Positions 51,822-61,393 of a stretch of 64,000 bases of DNA are shown here, one piece after another; position 1 is the first letter of the stretch; every line of letters starts with the position of its first letter. This DNA is from Candidatus Marinacidobacterales bacterium (GTDB taxonomy: Bacteria > Acidobacteriota > Vicinamibacteria > Marinacidobacterales > DATDRI01): positions 2,004,712 to 2,068,711 of the forward strand of contig OZ244742.1 of assembly GCA_965219415.1 (NCBI GenBank), given 5' to 3'. Below the pieces are notes generated by a model, which saw only the letters and a program-made list of their open reading frames with translations, made no database searches and was not told where the DNA came from. The translations under genes and the position numbers were made by a program.

Positions 51822-51887
51822 GCTAAAAGTGGCTAAGATCGTATATAATTCCCTTTTTTTTACATTCAACTACAGAATATTGGATGT

Positions 51888-54053
51888 TTAGGAATAGAAC
51901 CCTCTGCCGGACTTCGCCCTCCGAACTAAGGAATCCGGAGGCCGAAAGCGACTCCCGAAACTTCCCTCCCGTGCGCGGAGTCTATCCACGAGGGCGGAAA
52001 GACCTACCGAGTCCGCGTAACGGAGCAGTCCCCCGCGGAACGGCGGGAACCCGATTCCCATGACCATCGCCAGATCGAGCTCCTCCGGGCTTCTCACCAC
52101 GTTCTCATCGAGCGCGAGCGCTGCTTCGCTGATCATCAGGTCGATGGAACGTTCCACCGCCTCCTCGGTGTCTACCGAGCGACGTGTTTCGATTCCGAGC
52201 AGCTCGAGCACTTCGGGGTCCGGTTTGGGTTTCTTATCCTTATACGTATAGAGACCGCTTCCGGTCTTCTTCCCGAGCCTTTTCGAGGCTGCGAGCTTGC
52301 CGATGACTCCGGCGGGCGCCGCTCGATCTCCGTAGGCCGCAGCCAATACTTTGCTCGCTTTCTCCGCCACGTCGATTCCGACTTCGTCTAGCAAGCGAAG
52401 AGGCCCCATCGGCATACCGAACTCGACCAGCGCTCGATCGACCCCCTCGATATCACCGGTCTCTATTAGAAGGTGACAGGCCTCGTTCAGATAAGGTCCG
52501 AGCACTCGATTCACCAAGAACCCGGGCCCGTCGGCGACTACCACCGGCGTCTTGCCCAATCGTTTGGCCAAGGCGACGAACGCGGCAACCGTCTCATCGC
52601 TCGTGGCTTCGCCACGGATCACTTCGATCAACGGCATGCGATCGACGGGGTTGAAGAAATGGAAACCGGCCATGCGTCCTGGCAGACCCAACGCACTCTG
52701 CAAGTCGGATATCGGAAGCGTCGAGGTGTTGGACCCGATGAGGCAGGTATCGGGGATCTCGGGCTCGAGCTCTTCGAACACCTTCTTCTTGATTCTTATG
52801 TCTTCGATGATCGCCTCGAGAACGACATCGGCCCTTGAAAACCCGCTCCAATCAAGCGTCGGGCTGATCAAGCTCATCTTCTTGTCGAGCTCCCACGTAC
52901 TCATGCGCCCACGTTTCTTTCGACGATCATAGATTCGACGGGCCGTGGCCAAACCGGCTCCCAGGGCCTCCGGATGCACGTCTTTGACTCGGACCGGTAT
53001 GTCTTGAGAGGACAGCGCCCAGGCCATGCCTCCGCCCATGGTTCCCGCACCGAGAAGTCCAGCCGCCCGGACTTCCCGGACGTTAACGACAGACTCGACC
53101 CGCTTCTCGACTCCCGAATCCTTTTTCGCCTTCTCGCTCAGGAAGAAAAGATGAACCAAGTTCTTCGAGACCGGTCCGACCAAGAGCTCACCCAGAACCT
53201 CGGCTTCCAACTCGAACGCTCTTTCGAGCGTCATCGTCAAACCGCGGCGGATCACTTCCAACGCCTTGAGCGGTGCGGGATAATGTCCGTGACTTCGTGC
53301 GAGAACTTTCTTGCGAGCCTGTTGGAAGACGAGGGCACGTCCCAACGGGTTTCCCTCGAGCAGCCATCCGCCGAGTCCGCGCGCCCTGCGCACGCCCTTC
53401 TTTCGAAAACGCCCCTGTCGACGAAGCTTCCGAACCAGCTCCACCGCGTGCTTGTCGATCTCGGTGTGCGGCACGGCTCGATCGATGAGACCGATTCTTG
53501 CGGCTTTTTTGGCGTCGATGTTTCGACCGGTGAGAATGATCTCCAACGCCTGTTGGAGCCCCACCAAGCGGGGAAGGCGCGTCGACCCACCCCAACCCGG
53601 AATGATTCCCAGGTTGACCTCGGGAAGACCCATGCCGAACCGGGGGTGATCCGTCCCCAAGCGCCCGTGGCAGGCGAGCGCGAGCTCCGTACCGCCACCG
53701 ACACATACGCCGTTGATAGCGGCAACCGCAGGAAACGGCAGATCCTGGATCTTTTGGAAGATCTCGTGGCCGACGCGGGAGGCTTTGGTGGCCTCCTCTC
53801 GGCGAGTGATCTCCCGGATCTCCCGAACGTCCGCTCCCGCAATGAAGATGCCGTCTTTCGCCGAGCGAATGACGATGCCTTCGAGGTCGTTGCGTCGTGC
53901 GAGCTCGCTCAAGGTCTCGGAGAGCGACGTCATCACGGCGGACGAGAGCTTGTTGACCTTCTCGCCAGGCAGGTCCAGAGTCAGCCAGCCGATCCCATCC
54001 TCGACCGTCAGCTCGAGGGCCCCACTCGCGGCCTTTGATGTAATGGAGCTCAT
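51888..54053 (-). CDS. fadJ: fatty acid oxidation complex alpha subunit (enoyl-CoA hydratase / 3-hydroxyacyl-CoA dehydrogenase)
   Basis: FIAGADV, GGGTELALAC, LPEVNLG, GAGTMGGG, SNTSTL, HFFNPV, PGFLVNR, GFPPFRGG; ATG 54053. Confidence 0.92.
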   Translation of the reverse strand: MSSITSKAASGALELTVEDGIGWLTLDLPGEKVNKLSSAVMTSLSETLSELARRNDLEGIVIRSAKDGIFIAGADVREIREITRREEATKASRVGHEIFQKIQDLPFPAVAAINGVCVGGGTELALACHGRLGTDHPRFGMGLPEVNLGIIPGWGGSTRLPRLVGLQQALEIILTGRNIDAKKAARIGLIDRAVPHTEIDKHAVELVRKLRRQGRFRKKGVRRARGLGGWLLEGNPLGRALVFQQARKKVLARSHGHYPAPLKALEVIRRGLTMTLERAFELEAEVLGELLVGPVSKNLVHLFFLSEKAKKDSGVEKRVESVVNVREVRAAGLLGAGTMGGGMAWALSSQDIPVRVKDVHPEALGAGLATARRIYDRRKKRGRMSTWELDKKMSLISPTLDWSGFSRADVVLEAIIEDIRIKKKVFEELEPEIPDTCLIGSNTSTLPISDLQSALGLPGRMAGFHFFNPVDRMPLIEVIRGEATSDETVAAFVALAKRLGKTPVVVADGPGFLVNRVLGPYLNEACHLLIETGDIEGVDRALVEFGMPMGPLRLLDEVGIDVAEKASKVLAAAYGDRAAPAGVIGKLAASKRLGKKTGSGLYTYKDKKPKPDPEVLELLGIETRRSVDTEEAVERSIDLMISEAALALDENVVRSPEELDLAMVMGIGFPPFRGGLLRYADSVGLSALVDRLRAREGSFGSRFRPPDSLVRRAKSGRGFYS

Positions 54054-54181
54054 TTCCCTAGAACGACTTCCCGCTATGCAATTGGAGAGTATAGCAGCCT
54101 GCCCACCTGTGGTGAGGTTCCCTTGCTCGGAAGCGGATGCGGGTGGATAATAGAAGACACGGCGTTTTGCCCGTCGCAGCA

Positions 54182-55348
54182 ATGAAAAAATCCCGCGATT
54201 CCCCACGAATGATCAGCCCCATCACGGGCGAGCCCGTCGACGGCCTGCTCTCAGAAGAAGAGCAGACGCGGCTGGCGAGATTCGGCTCGATCCTAAGAGG
54301 GATCGGCCCCGAACTCCTCCGCTGGGTGAAGAACCCTCGTTCCTCCGATGTGGCGCTGAGCCCCCTCACCGGCGACCGGATGGATGAGCGCCGCCCGGTC
54401 GAAGACGAGACGAAGGGACTCGCCCGCCTGTCCGAGATCGTCCAGGAGCTCCGCCGATGGATCAAGGATCCGCACGGGTCTGATCCGGCCCCCAGCCCTC
54501 TCACCGGCGCCGCCCGGGAGGACCTCTTCGGGGTCGAGAACGAGAGCAAACGAGCCCTCGGATCCCTGGGCGGAGTTTTCGGCGTCTACCTAGGAGTGGC
54601 GTTGTTCTACATCCTGTTGCTGGTCGTACTTCGATGGATGCCGGACGGGCCGAACCGTCCGAACGAAGTCAATCTTCCCAACCTCGTGTTCCTGGTCGAG
54701 CCGGGACCCGGGGGTGGTGGAGGCGGGGGCGGCAGTGAGTCTCCCGAACCGGTCTCCGCTCTGAGAATTGAAGGAGAGGACCTCGCCAAACAGGCGATCA
54801 ATATCGAAGACGAGGACAAGCTGGTTTTCGAGAAGCTGGTCGAAGAGAAAGAGGAAGAGCCGCCGGTAGAGGAGGAAGAGGAGCCAAGAGAGATCAAGGC
54901 CCCCATCGTGGAAATGTCTCCGAACGATACGGACCAGACTGGAGAGGTCGATTCCCCCGAGCGGCTCGTGGCGTCGGCGGGACCGAAGTCAGGCAACGGT
55001 ATGGGAGAAGGCGTGGGTCCCGGGATCGGCGAAGGCGAAGGGGGTGGTTTCGGCGGCGGCGCCTATCGTTTAGGAACCGGTGTCGTACCTCCCACGCTTC
55101 AACGCCAGGTGCGGCCCTCCTATACCGACGAAGCGCTCGCCCGTAAGATTCAAGGCAGCGTGGAGCTGGAAGTGGTTATCCTCGCCAACGGGACGGTAGG
55201 CCCGGTCCGGATCATCCGAAGCCTCGATCGCGGCCTCGATCTCAAGGCCATAGAAGCGGTAAGACAGTGGAAGTTCAAGCCGGGTCTATTTCAAAGCAAG
55301 CCGGTAGATGTGCTGGCGGTGATTACCGTCGACTTTACTTTGTTGTAG
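54182..55348 (+). CDS. tonB: energy transducer TonB with repeated N-terminal extension
   Basis: single TM, Gly/Glu-rich linker, PSYTDEALARKIQGSVEL..GLDLKAIEAVRQWKFKPG C-terminal domain. Confidence 0.9.
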   Translation: MKKSRDSPRMISPITGEPVDGLLSEEEQTRLARFGSILRGIGPELLRWVKNPRSSDVALSPLTGDRMDERRPVEDETKGLARLSEIVQELRRWIKDPHGSDPAPSPLTGAAREDLFGVENESKRALGSLGGVFGVYLGVALFYILLLVVLRWMPDGPNRPNEVNLPNLVFLVEPGPGGGGGGGGSESPEPVSALRIEGEDLAKQAINIEDEDKLVFEKLVEEKEEEPPVEEEEEPREIKAPIVEMSPNDTDQTGEVDSPERLVASAGPKSGNGMGEGVGPGIGEGEGGGFGGGAYRLGTGVVPPTLQRQVRPSYTDEALARKIQGSVELEVVILANGTVGPVRIIRSLDRGLDLKAIEAVRQWKFKPGLFQSKPVDVLAVITVDFTLL

Positions 55349-55488
55349 GGCCCTCACCCGCCCTTCCGGACGCGTCTCACTGCCGATATCGACGCTCCAG
55401 CAATGAGATGATCGTTGGTCCATCGTGCTGAGCGGCGGCGTCCGGACGAGTCTCAACGGCGCCGTCTGCTCCAGCACGATTTCCTTAG

Positions 55489-57051
55489 CTATTTGTAGCG
55501 CACTCCCCCCTTTACAACCACGAATACCCGCTTCATCGCCCTTATGTCGAGGAGCGGATTTCCCGCGACCACGATAACGTCTGCCAGTTTTCCCACCTCT
55601 AGCGTACCCAATCGGTCGGTCAGTCCCAGGGCCTCGGCTCCGATGCGCGTCGAAGCCTCGATCACCTGCATCGGGCTCATACCCTGCTCGATCATGTACT
55701 GCATCTCATTCCCGTTCGGGTCCTCTTGTTGAAAGTTCAGATAAGCGGGGGTGTCGGTTCCCATCGAGAACTTCGCCCCCGCGCGGATGAAGCGGCGCAT
55801 GTTCTCTTGGGATGTCGCTCGCTTCTTCATCATGTCGTTGTACGACGGCCCGCGGAGACCAAACGCATCGTCGCCGGAGTCATCGGACGGCCGAACGCGA
55901 CGCTCGTAGGTGGGGAGCCCCGACTCATCCGGGTGCCTCTGGTTATAGACGAGCTTGTCTCGGTAGCGCATCAGAATGCGGTACTCCTTGGGCTCCATCG
56001 ACATGATGTAGAGCGTCTCGTCCCACCGATGCGGATCGGCGGCGCGGTTCGCGCCCGCCACCATGACCTCGAGCAGCGTGTCAACGATGACCCCGTTCTT
56101 GACGTACGCATCGATGATGTCCTCTTCGATGAGCGCGCTCCCATAGAAAGGATGCTCGAGGGTGTCGATATCGAAAGCGGTCATTCGCCTCAGGCCTTCG
56201 TTGTGACCGCCGCAATGGACGTCGATGATCTTTCCGTTCTTGTGCGCCTTGTCGATGATGAAGCGAAGCTGTTCGTCGGTGAAGTCGTTCTTGCCGTTGT
56301 AGACCTCGCCGGACATGTAAAGCTTCCAATAGTTGAAATCCGGACCGAGGAATTTGTCGGTGTCTTCTTCGAGGTCGTCTACGACGTTATAGGCGAACTC
56401 GTTGCGCATCCATTCGATGGCATCGGCCGGCGTCTTGGCGGTCTTCGTGTAATGCGCGAAGTGCTCCGGGCTCGTGAACAAAGCCCCGCCGAGGAAGACT
56501 CGAGGTCCCGCCATCTCACCGCGGTCGATCGCTTGCTTGATCGGCAACAACCTCTTCGAGGGTCCGCTGGTCTGTCTTTGGCTGGTGATCCCTTGCATGA
56601 GATAGACCCAGGCTCGAAACGGCATCCGCGCGAACGTTTCTTCCCACCTGGCCCGGATCTCGTCCATGGGGAGATCGGCGGTGGGGGCGGGATAGATAGG
56701 GTTGAGCTGAATGTGCTGATTCGAATTAATGAGTCCCGGCATGATGGTCATACCGGACGCATCGATGACCTCGGCGCCTTCCGGAATCTGAACCTCTTTC
56801 ATGGGACCGACCCACTTGATGTGCTCCCCTTCGATCACGATCGCATAGTCTTGTTTCGGGGGTGCGCCGGTGGCGTCGACGAAGGTCCCGCCCTGAATGA
56901 CGATGGGTCGCTCCGGACGAAACGGCGGCTCTTGCGGGCCGAAGAAGACGGGCGTCTGCTGGGCACTGAGAATCATCGGAAGCAAAAGAAAACTCGTTAC
57001 GAACCAAATCAGGGGCAACAAAGCGGCGATCGCATAAGACGCCTTCTCCAT
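55489..57051 (-). CDS. secreted amidohydrolase
   Basis: signal peptide; PGLINSNQH, DVH, LEH, GTD, GTLEVGKLADVI. Confidence 0.9.
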   Translation of the reverse strand: MEKASYAIAALLPLIWFVTSFLLLPMILSAQQTPVFFGPQEPPFRPERPIVIQGGTFVDATGAPPKQDYAIVIEGEHIKWVGPMKEVQIPEGAEVIDASGMTIMPGLINSNQHIQLNPIYPAPTADLPMDEIRARWEETFARMPFRAWVYLMQGITSQRQTSGPSKRLLPIKQAIDRGEMAGPRVFLGGALFTSPEHFAHYTKTAKTPADAIEWMRNEFAYNVVDDLEEDTDKFLGPDFNYWKLYMSGEVYNGKNDFTDEQLRFIIDKAHKNGKIIDVHCGGHNEGLRRMTAFDIDTLEHPFYGSALIEEDIIDAYVKNGVIVDTLLEVMVAGANRAADPHRWDETLYIMSMEPKEYRILMRYRDKLVYNQRHPDESGLPTYERRVRPSDDSGDDAFGLRGPSYNDMMKKRATSQENMRRFIRAGAKFSMGTDTPAYLNFQQEDPNGNEMQYMIEQGMSPMQVIEASTRIGAEALGLTDRLGTLEVGKLADVIVVAGNPLLDIRAMKRVFVVVKGGVRYK

Positions 57052-57300
57052 CGTTTTCCTCCTCGCGGCATAGACAAACCGACATGGACTATCTCAAAAC
57101 TTGGCCGATGGGGCAACGCCTTCGCCCAAGGGCAGTGGCAGGATAATGCCGATCTAGAAGAGTGAGGATTCGCGTGGTTGGATCCTGCATCCAAATGCTT
57201 GGATGGATTTGGGGTGACGGTATACTGTGCCCTGATGTCCAAGATACGAACAACCTTTGATTTACAGCAACTTACGGTGAATCTCTCTTTCCCGTGCCGA

Positions 57301-57316
57301 TGGCATCGAACTTGCT
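57301..57316 (+). promoter_or_regulatory. sigma54 promoter of the TonB-dependent receptor
   Basis: TGGCATCGAACTTGCT; IHF-like TTTGATTTACAGCAACTTA at ~57256-57274. Confidence 0.75.
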
Positions 57317-57572
57317 CTCTTGGCGCGCGGTGGGCTGTAGCTGTCACGGTCATCCCGACAGCCAGACCCGCCAGAAACTTCGCCTGGGGGCGCTGAGCCG
57401 AGAACCCGACAAGCCCTAAACTTTCTTGACTCTTGGGCCCATTCTGGGTTACAAGAGCCGCTTGGAGCTTAATGTACACTGTGTACCGCCTGTCATATCT
57501 GAAGCAACAACTAGATATCTGGGAGGGGTATGAAGAGCTCTGGCTAGTAGTGCCCCCTATTCAAGGAGGAAG

Positions 57573-60545
57573 ATGATGAGATCTTGGTGGGCCTCTTCTA
57601 TATTACTGTTTCTCTTTCTCGCAATTGTCGCGGTACCGGCTTCCGCTCAGATCGGTATGACCGAGATGACCGGAACTGTCAGCGACGGAACTGGGGCTGT
57701 CTTGCCCGGCGTGACAATTACTGCGACCCAGATCGGACAGAGCTCCACCGCCGGAGGAACTACCGGCGTCGTAAGGACCGCCGTGTCCGGTGCTGATGGG
57801 AGATATGCGTTCACGCAGTTGCCTGTCGGCAGGTGGACGTTCGAGTTCGCGTTGGATGGCTTCGACTCCGCGCGGCTCGAGGTCATGGAGCTCAATGTGG
57901 GTCAACGGCCAACGATCAACGTCACGATGCAGGTGGCCGGCGTCGCGGAGACGATCACCGTCCAGGCCGAGACTCCGGTCATCGAGACGACACGCTCGGA
58001 GCTTAGCCATACCGTTCAGGACATCCAGGTCGAGGAGCTTCCCGTCCTCGGGCGAGACTGGTTGGGCTTCGCTCTACTCGCACCGGGCGTGAAGTCGGAT
58101 GGCGCCGAGGGGAGCCAGGACTCGGCACCGGTGGCTGGCATCGGAATCGGTCGCCAGGACAAGGTCCTCATCGACGGGGCGGACGTCAACAACCGCTCGA
58201 CGTCCACGGGTATCGACATCAAGATCTCCAAAGAGACCATCGCGGAGTTCGAGGTCAAGACCAACCAATTCGACGCCCAGCTCGGTCAGAGCGGCACTTC
58301 GGTTACCCAGGCGGTGACGAAATCGGGAACCGACTCCTTCCACGGAAGCGGCTTCTACTACCGTCGTGATGGCGGCTGGAACTCCCCCGACTTCTTTACA
58401 GGGGTCAAGGACGAGGCGTTCGAGCAGGATCAAGTCGGCGGCGTCATCGGGGGCCCCGTGGTCCCAAGCAAAGCGTACTTCTTCTTCAGCTACGAGTGGC
58501 AGAATACGCCGCGTACATGCTCATCGAACAGTGGGATCGTCGCCATCGACAGTCAGCAGGTAGGCTGTGGTGATGAACGGAACCTTTGGTTCATCCGGGG
58601 TGATGTTCAGATCAACCAGAACCACCGAGCGGCGATTCGCTACAACAAGGCCACGCGACTACGGCCGCATGGCACGGTCGGCGGCGGCACGGTGCCGGGC
58701 CACTCGATCGACTTCGATTTCGACTTCGACCGCTTCAACTTTTCCTTGGACTCGGTCATCGGCGGAAACAAGGTCAACCGGTTCATGTACAACAACCTGA
58801 ACACCGACCGCTTTTTCTCCAAGCGCGGCGAGACCCTCCCAGAGTCTCGAGTTCAAGGAGGGATCACGACGGCAGGTCCGACTCAAATTTTCCCGGGCGC
58901 TCGGCTCGGAGGCGCTATCGGCTCTGGCTTCGAGAACCCCGACTACTGGTCCATCCGGGACGACTTCTCCACGTTCTTCTCGAAGGGTGGAGACCACAAC
59001 CTGAAGTTCGGCGGCTACCTCGAAAGGGCCAAGCTCCAGGGCTTCTTCCTCCAGTTTCAAAACGGCGCCTTCACCTACGATCAGGACCCTGCGAACCTTC
59101 AGACCTGCTGCACCTCGGAGATCCAGGCCGACTGGGACAAATCCCAGTTTCCGGAAGCCGTCCGGTTCCAGCAGAAATTAGGTGACCCGGACATCGATAC
59201 CACCCAGAATTTTTACTCCCTGTATGTCCAGGACGACTGGTCGATCAATGAAAGGCTCACCCTCAATCTCGGAATGCGCTACGACCTGGAGAAAGGCTCG
59301 TTGTTCAACGACCAACCAGACGCGATTCTCCAACCCGAGTTCAGCGACGACACCGATAACTTCCAGCCCCGAATCGGCTTTGCTTATGACATCAAAGGCG
59401 ACGCAAAGACCATCATCCGTGGCGGGCTTGGGAGATTCAGCTCCCAGGCGTTTCTGAACATCGCGCTCCTGGTGCAACAATCGAATCGCCGGGAGGAGCT
59501 GGAGGTCTCGGTCACCAACGACGGCACCAACCCCAACTTCAACGAAGATCCGCTGCAGGGTCGCACGTTCGAGGACTTCCAGGCCGCCATCGGAGAGGTC
59601 CCCATCGATATCGCGATTTTCGAACCTGGCACGGAGATTCCGGATCTGTGGTCTTTCACTATCGGAGTCGCTCAAGAGGTAGGACCTTCTATGGCTGTCG
59701 AGATCGACTACACCCATCAGAGGACCAACAATCAGTTCCTGACTCGGGAAACCAATATCTTCTTCGACGAGGCCAACAACCGGCCGTTTCCGGTGGTGAG
59801 CGGAAACTTCCCCGAGCTCGGTGGGGAAGTTGTGGGCATGGGTCGACCGGATCCCGCCTTTAACTCCATCCGGGAGTTTAGGAACGAGGCCAAGGCCCGC
59901 TACAACGGTCTCTCCATCGCCTTCACCAGGCGCTTCATCAACAACTGGTCCGCGGGTGCGACTTACCTGCTCTCCGGGAACAAAGACAACGCATCCCAGT
60001 TCGACCGGCACCCGAGCAATCCGTTCGACGTCGAGGACGAGTACGGCACTTCCCTGCACGACCAGCGCCATCGCTTCACCGCAAACTGGGTCTGGCGGTT
60101 ACCGTATGAATTCCTCTTCAGCGGGATCGTCTATAGCGCCTCCGGGCAAGCCCAGCGTGCCATCTTGAGCGGTGCGGATCTCTACGGTGTGGCTCCGCAA
60201 TCGCGCGGGCTCATCCCCAGGCCGACCTGCGGTCTCGAGCCGAGGATCGCCGCCGCCTGCGCGCAACTCGGAATTCCCGACGGCACGCGCATACCGCGAA
60301 ACTCCATCCGGTCGGACAGCGTCTTCCGAGTCGACTTCCGGTTCGCCTGGCGGGCTCGTATCTCCGACGGCGCGGTCTCCATCGAGCCGAGTTTTGAGGT
60401 CTTCAACGTCTTCAACCGCGAAAACTACGATCCGCGGGCCTATGGCACGAACCTGGGAAGCGGCGCCTTCGGTCAGCCGGGCCGATCGTCGAACCTGCCT
60501 TACCTGCCTCGCAACATTCAGCTGGGCGTTATCGTGCGGTTCTAG
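57573..60545 (+). CDS. TonB-dependent receptor (Oar-like, carboxypeptidase-regulatory-like N domain)
   Basis: signal peptide, GTVSDGTGAVLPGVTIT, TKSGT, YVQDDW..LTLNLGMRY, FQPRIGFAY, C-terminal RF; AGGAGG RBS. Confidence 0.96.
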   Translation: MMRSWWASSILLFLFLAIVAVPASAQIGMTEMTGTVSDGTGAVLPGVTITATQIGQSSTAGGTTGVVRTAVSGADGRYAFTQLPVGRWTFEFALDGFDSARLEVMELNVGQRPTINVTMQVAGVAETITVQAETPVIETTRSELSHTVQDIQVEELPVLGRDWLGFALLAPGVKSDGAEGSQDSAPVAGIGIGRQDKVLIDGADVNNRSTSTGIDIKISKETIAEFEVKTNQFDAQLGQSGTSVTQAVTKSGTDSFHGSGFYYRRDGGWNSPDFFTGVKDEAFEQDQVGGVIGGPVVPSKAYFFFSYEWQNTPRTCSSNSGIVAIDSQQVGCGDERNLWFIRGDVQINQNHRAAIRYNKATRLRPHGTVGGGTVPGHSIDFDFDFDRFNFSLDSVIGGNKVNRFMYNNLNTDRFFSKRGETLPESRVQGGITTAGPTQIFPGARLGGAIGSGFENPDYWSIRDDFSTFFSKGGDHNLKFGGYLERAKLQGFFLQFQNGAFTYDQDPANLQTCCTSEIQADWDKSQFPEAVRFQQKLGDPDIDTTQNFYSLYVQDDWSINERLTLNLGMRYDLEKGSLFNDQPDAILQPEFSDDTDNFQPRIGFAYDIKGDAKTIIRGGLGRFSSQAFLNIALLVQQSNRREELEVSVTNDGTNPNFNEDPLQGRTFEDFQAAIGEVPIDIAIFEPGTEIPDLWSFTIGVAQEVGPSMAVEIDYTHQRTNNQFLTRETNIFFDEANNRPFPVVSGNFPELGGEVVGMGRPDPAFNSIREFRNEAKARYNGLSIAFTRRFINNWSAGATYLLSGNKDNASQFDRHPSNPFDVEDEYGTSLHDQRHRFTANWVWRLPYEFLFSGIVYSASGQAQRAILSGADLYGVAPQSRGLIPRPTCGLEPRIAAACAQLGIPDGTRIPRNSIRSDSVFRVDFRFAWRARISDGAVSIEPSFEVFNVFNRENYDPRAYGTNLGSGAFGQPGRSSNLPYLPRNIQLGVIVRF

Positions 60546-60571
60546 GCCTCCCGAACCCGCGCGAACCAGAG

Positions 60572-60601
60572 CCCCGGCCCTCACGGGCCGGGGTTTTTTT
60601 T
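60572..60601 (+). terminator. rho-independent terminator
   Basis: CCCCGGCCC-TCAC-GGGCCGGGG followed by T8. Confidence 0.92.
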
Positions 60602-61393
60602 CGAGGAGCTACTATCTGGCGAGCGTCTGTCGGCGTTTTGCTGTGGCGTCGATGTCAACCTGGAGATCCTCTCCGTTAAGGGTAACCGCATAGAGTTCCT
60701 TCGCAGCTTCTCGGCTGACGTATCCGTCAAGTACATCCTTACGTACAAGTTGCGGGTCCCGTTCGAATGGTGACTTGCGGTATCGAGCCGGCATGTCCAC
60801 CAAACAATCCCCACTGCGGCGTCTTCGTCCGCTCGAAATGGGCCTGAAAGGTAACGTCTATTAGTGCTCCATACTCCTTGATAGTGTTCAAGCCGCCTCG
60901 CCACTTGCCAGCCCACCGGTATCTACGCCCATCTGGAGGCGTCTAATCAGTATCGGACTACGACTTTCCTGGGTTTCAACAGGGCTGTTGCGAAAATCTC
61001 CCGCCACAGAATGTGTAATCGCGCTCACCCCGTCCACACCCGAACTGGCACCCCAACCACCGTTCATCGACTCACCACCCATCCAGAATTCTCCAGTATC
61101 CGGGTCTCTTCCATAGACCTCAAGATTCCAGGAATCCCCCGGCAACCCTGCCACGACCCGGTCCGGGATCGCCGGAGCAAGGGCCTTAAAAATCAAATCA
61201 AGCAGCATCCATGACTGGTATGGGTCGCATGCCTCCGGCGGGCTCTTGTGCCCAGAAAATGGATGCCCGTTCAGCGATCAGATGAACAGGAATGAAACTC
61301 CCATGATTTACTTCAGGAACAGGACTCGGATAAAGAAAGGCAAGCGCCAGTTTTGCCATTGCCTTCGTCGATGGAAGACCAGTGTTGATGTTG

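Larger units (their letters stand above)
49332..51853 (-). mobile_element. IS1595-family (ISNwi1-like) transporter IS with passenger genes, 2522 bp
   Basis: 25-bp IRs GGGAATTATATAC(A/G)ATCTTAGCCAC (1 mismatch) at 49332-49356 and 51829-51853; transposase plus four small ORFs inside; no direct repeat visible. Confidence 0.9.

Noticed and set aside
43562-57165. Long antisense ORFs (43562..44680, 52974..54038, 55726..57165) and similar ones elsewhere
   Set aside because: Shadow ORFs opposite well-supported GC-rich genes; no motifs
57355-57375. Cobalamin riboswitch B12-box resemblance (AGCCAGACCCGCC)
   Set aside because: The other cobalamin core motifs (GGGAA, GCAACTGT, GCCACTG) are missing
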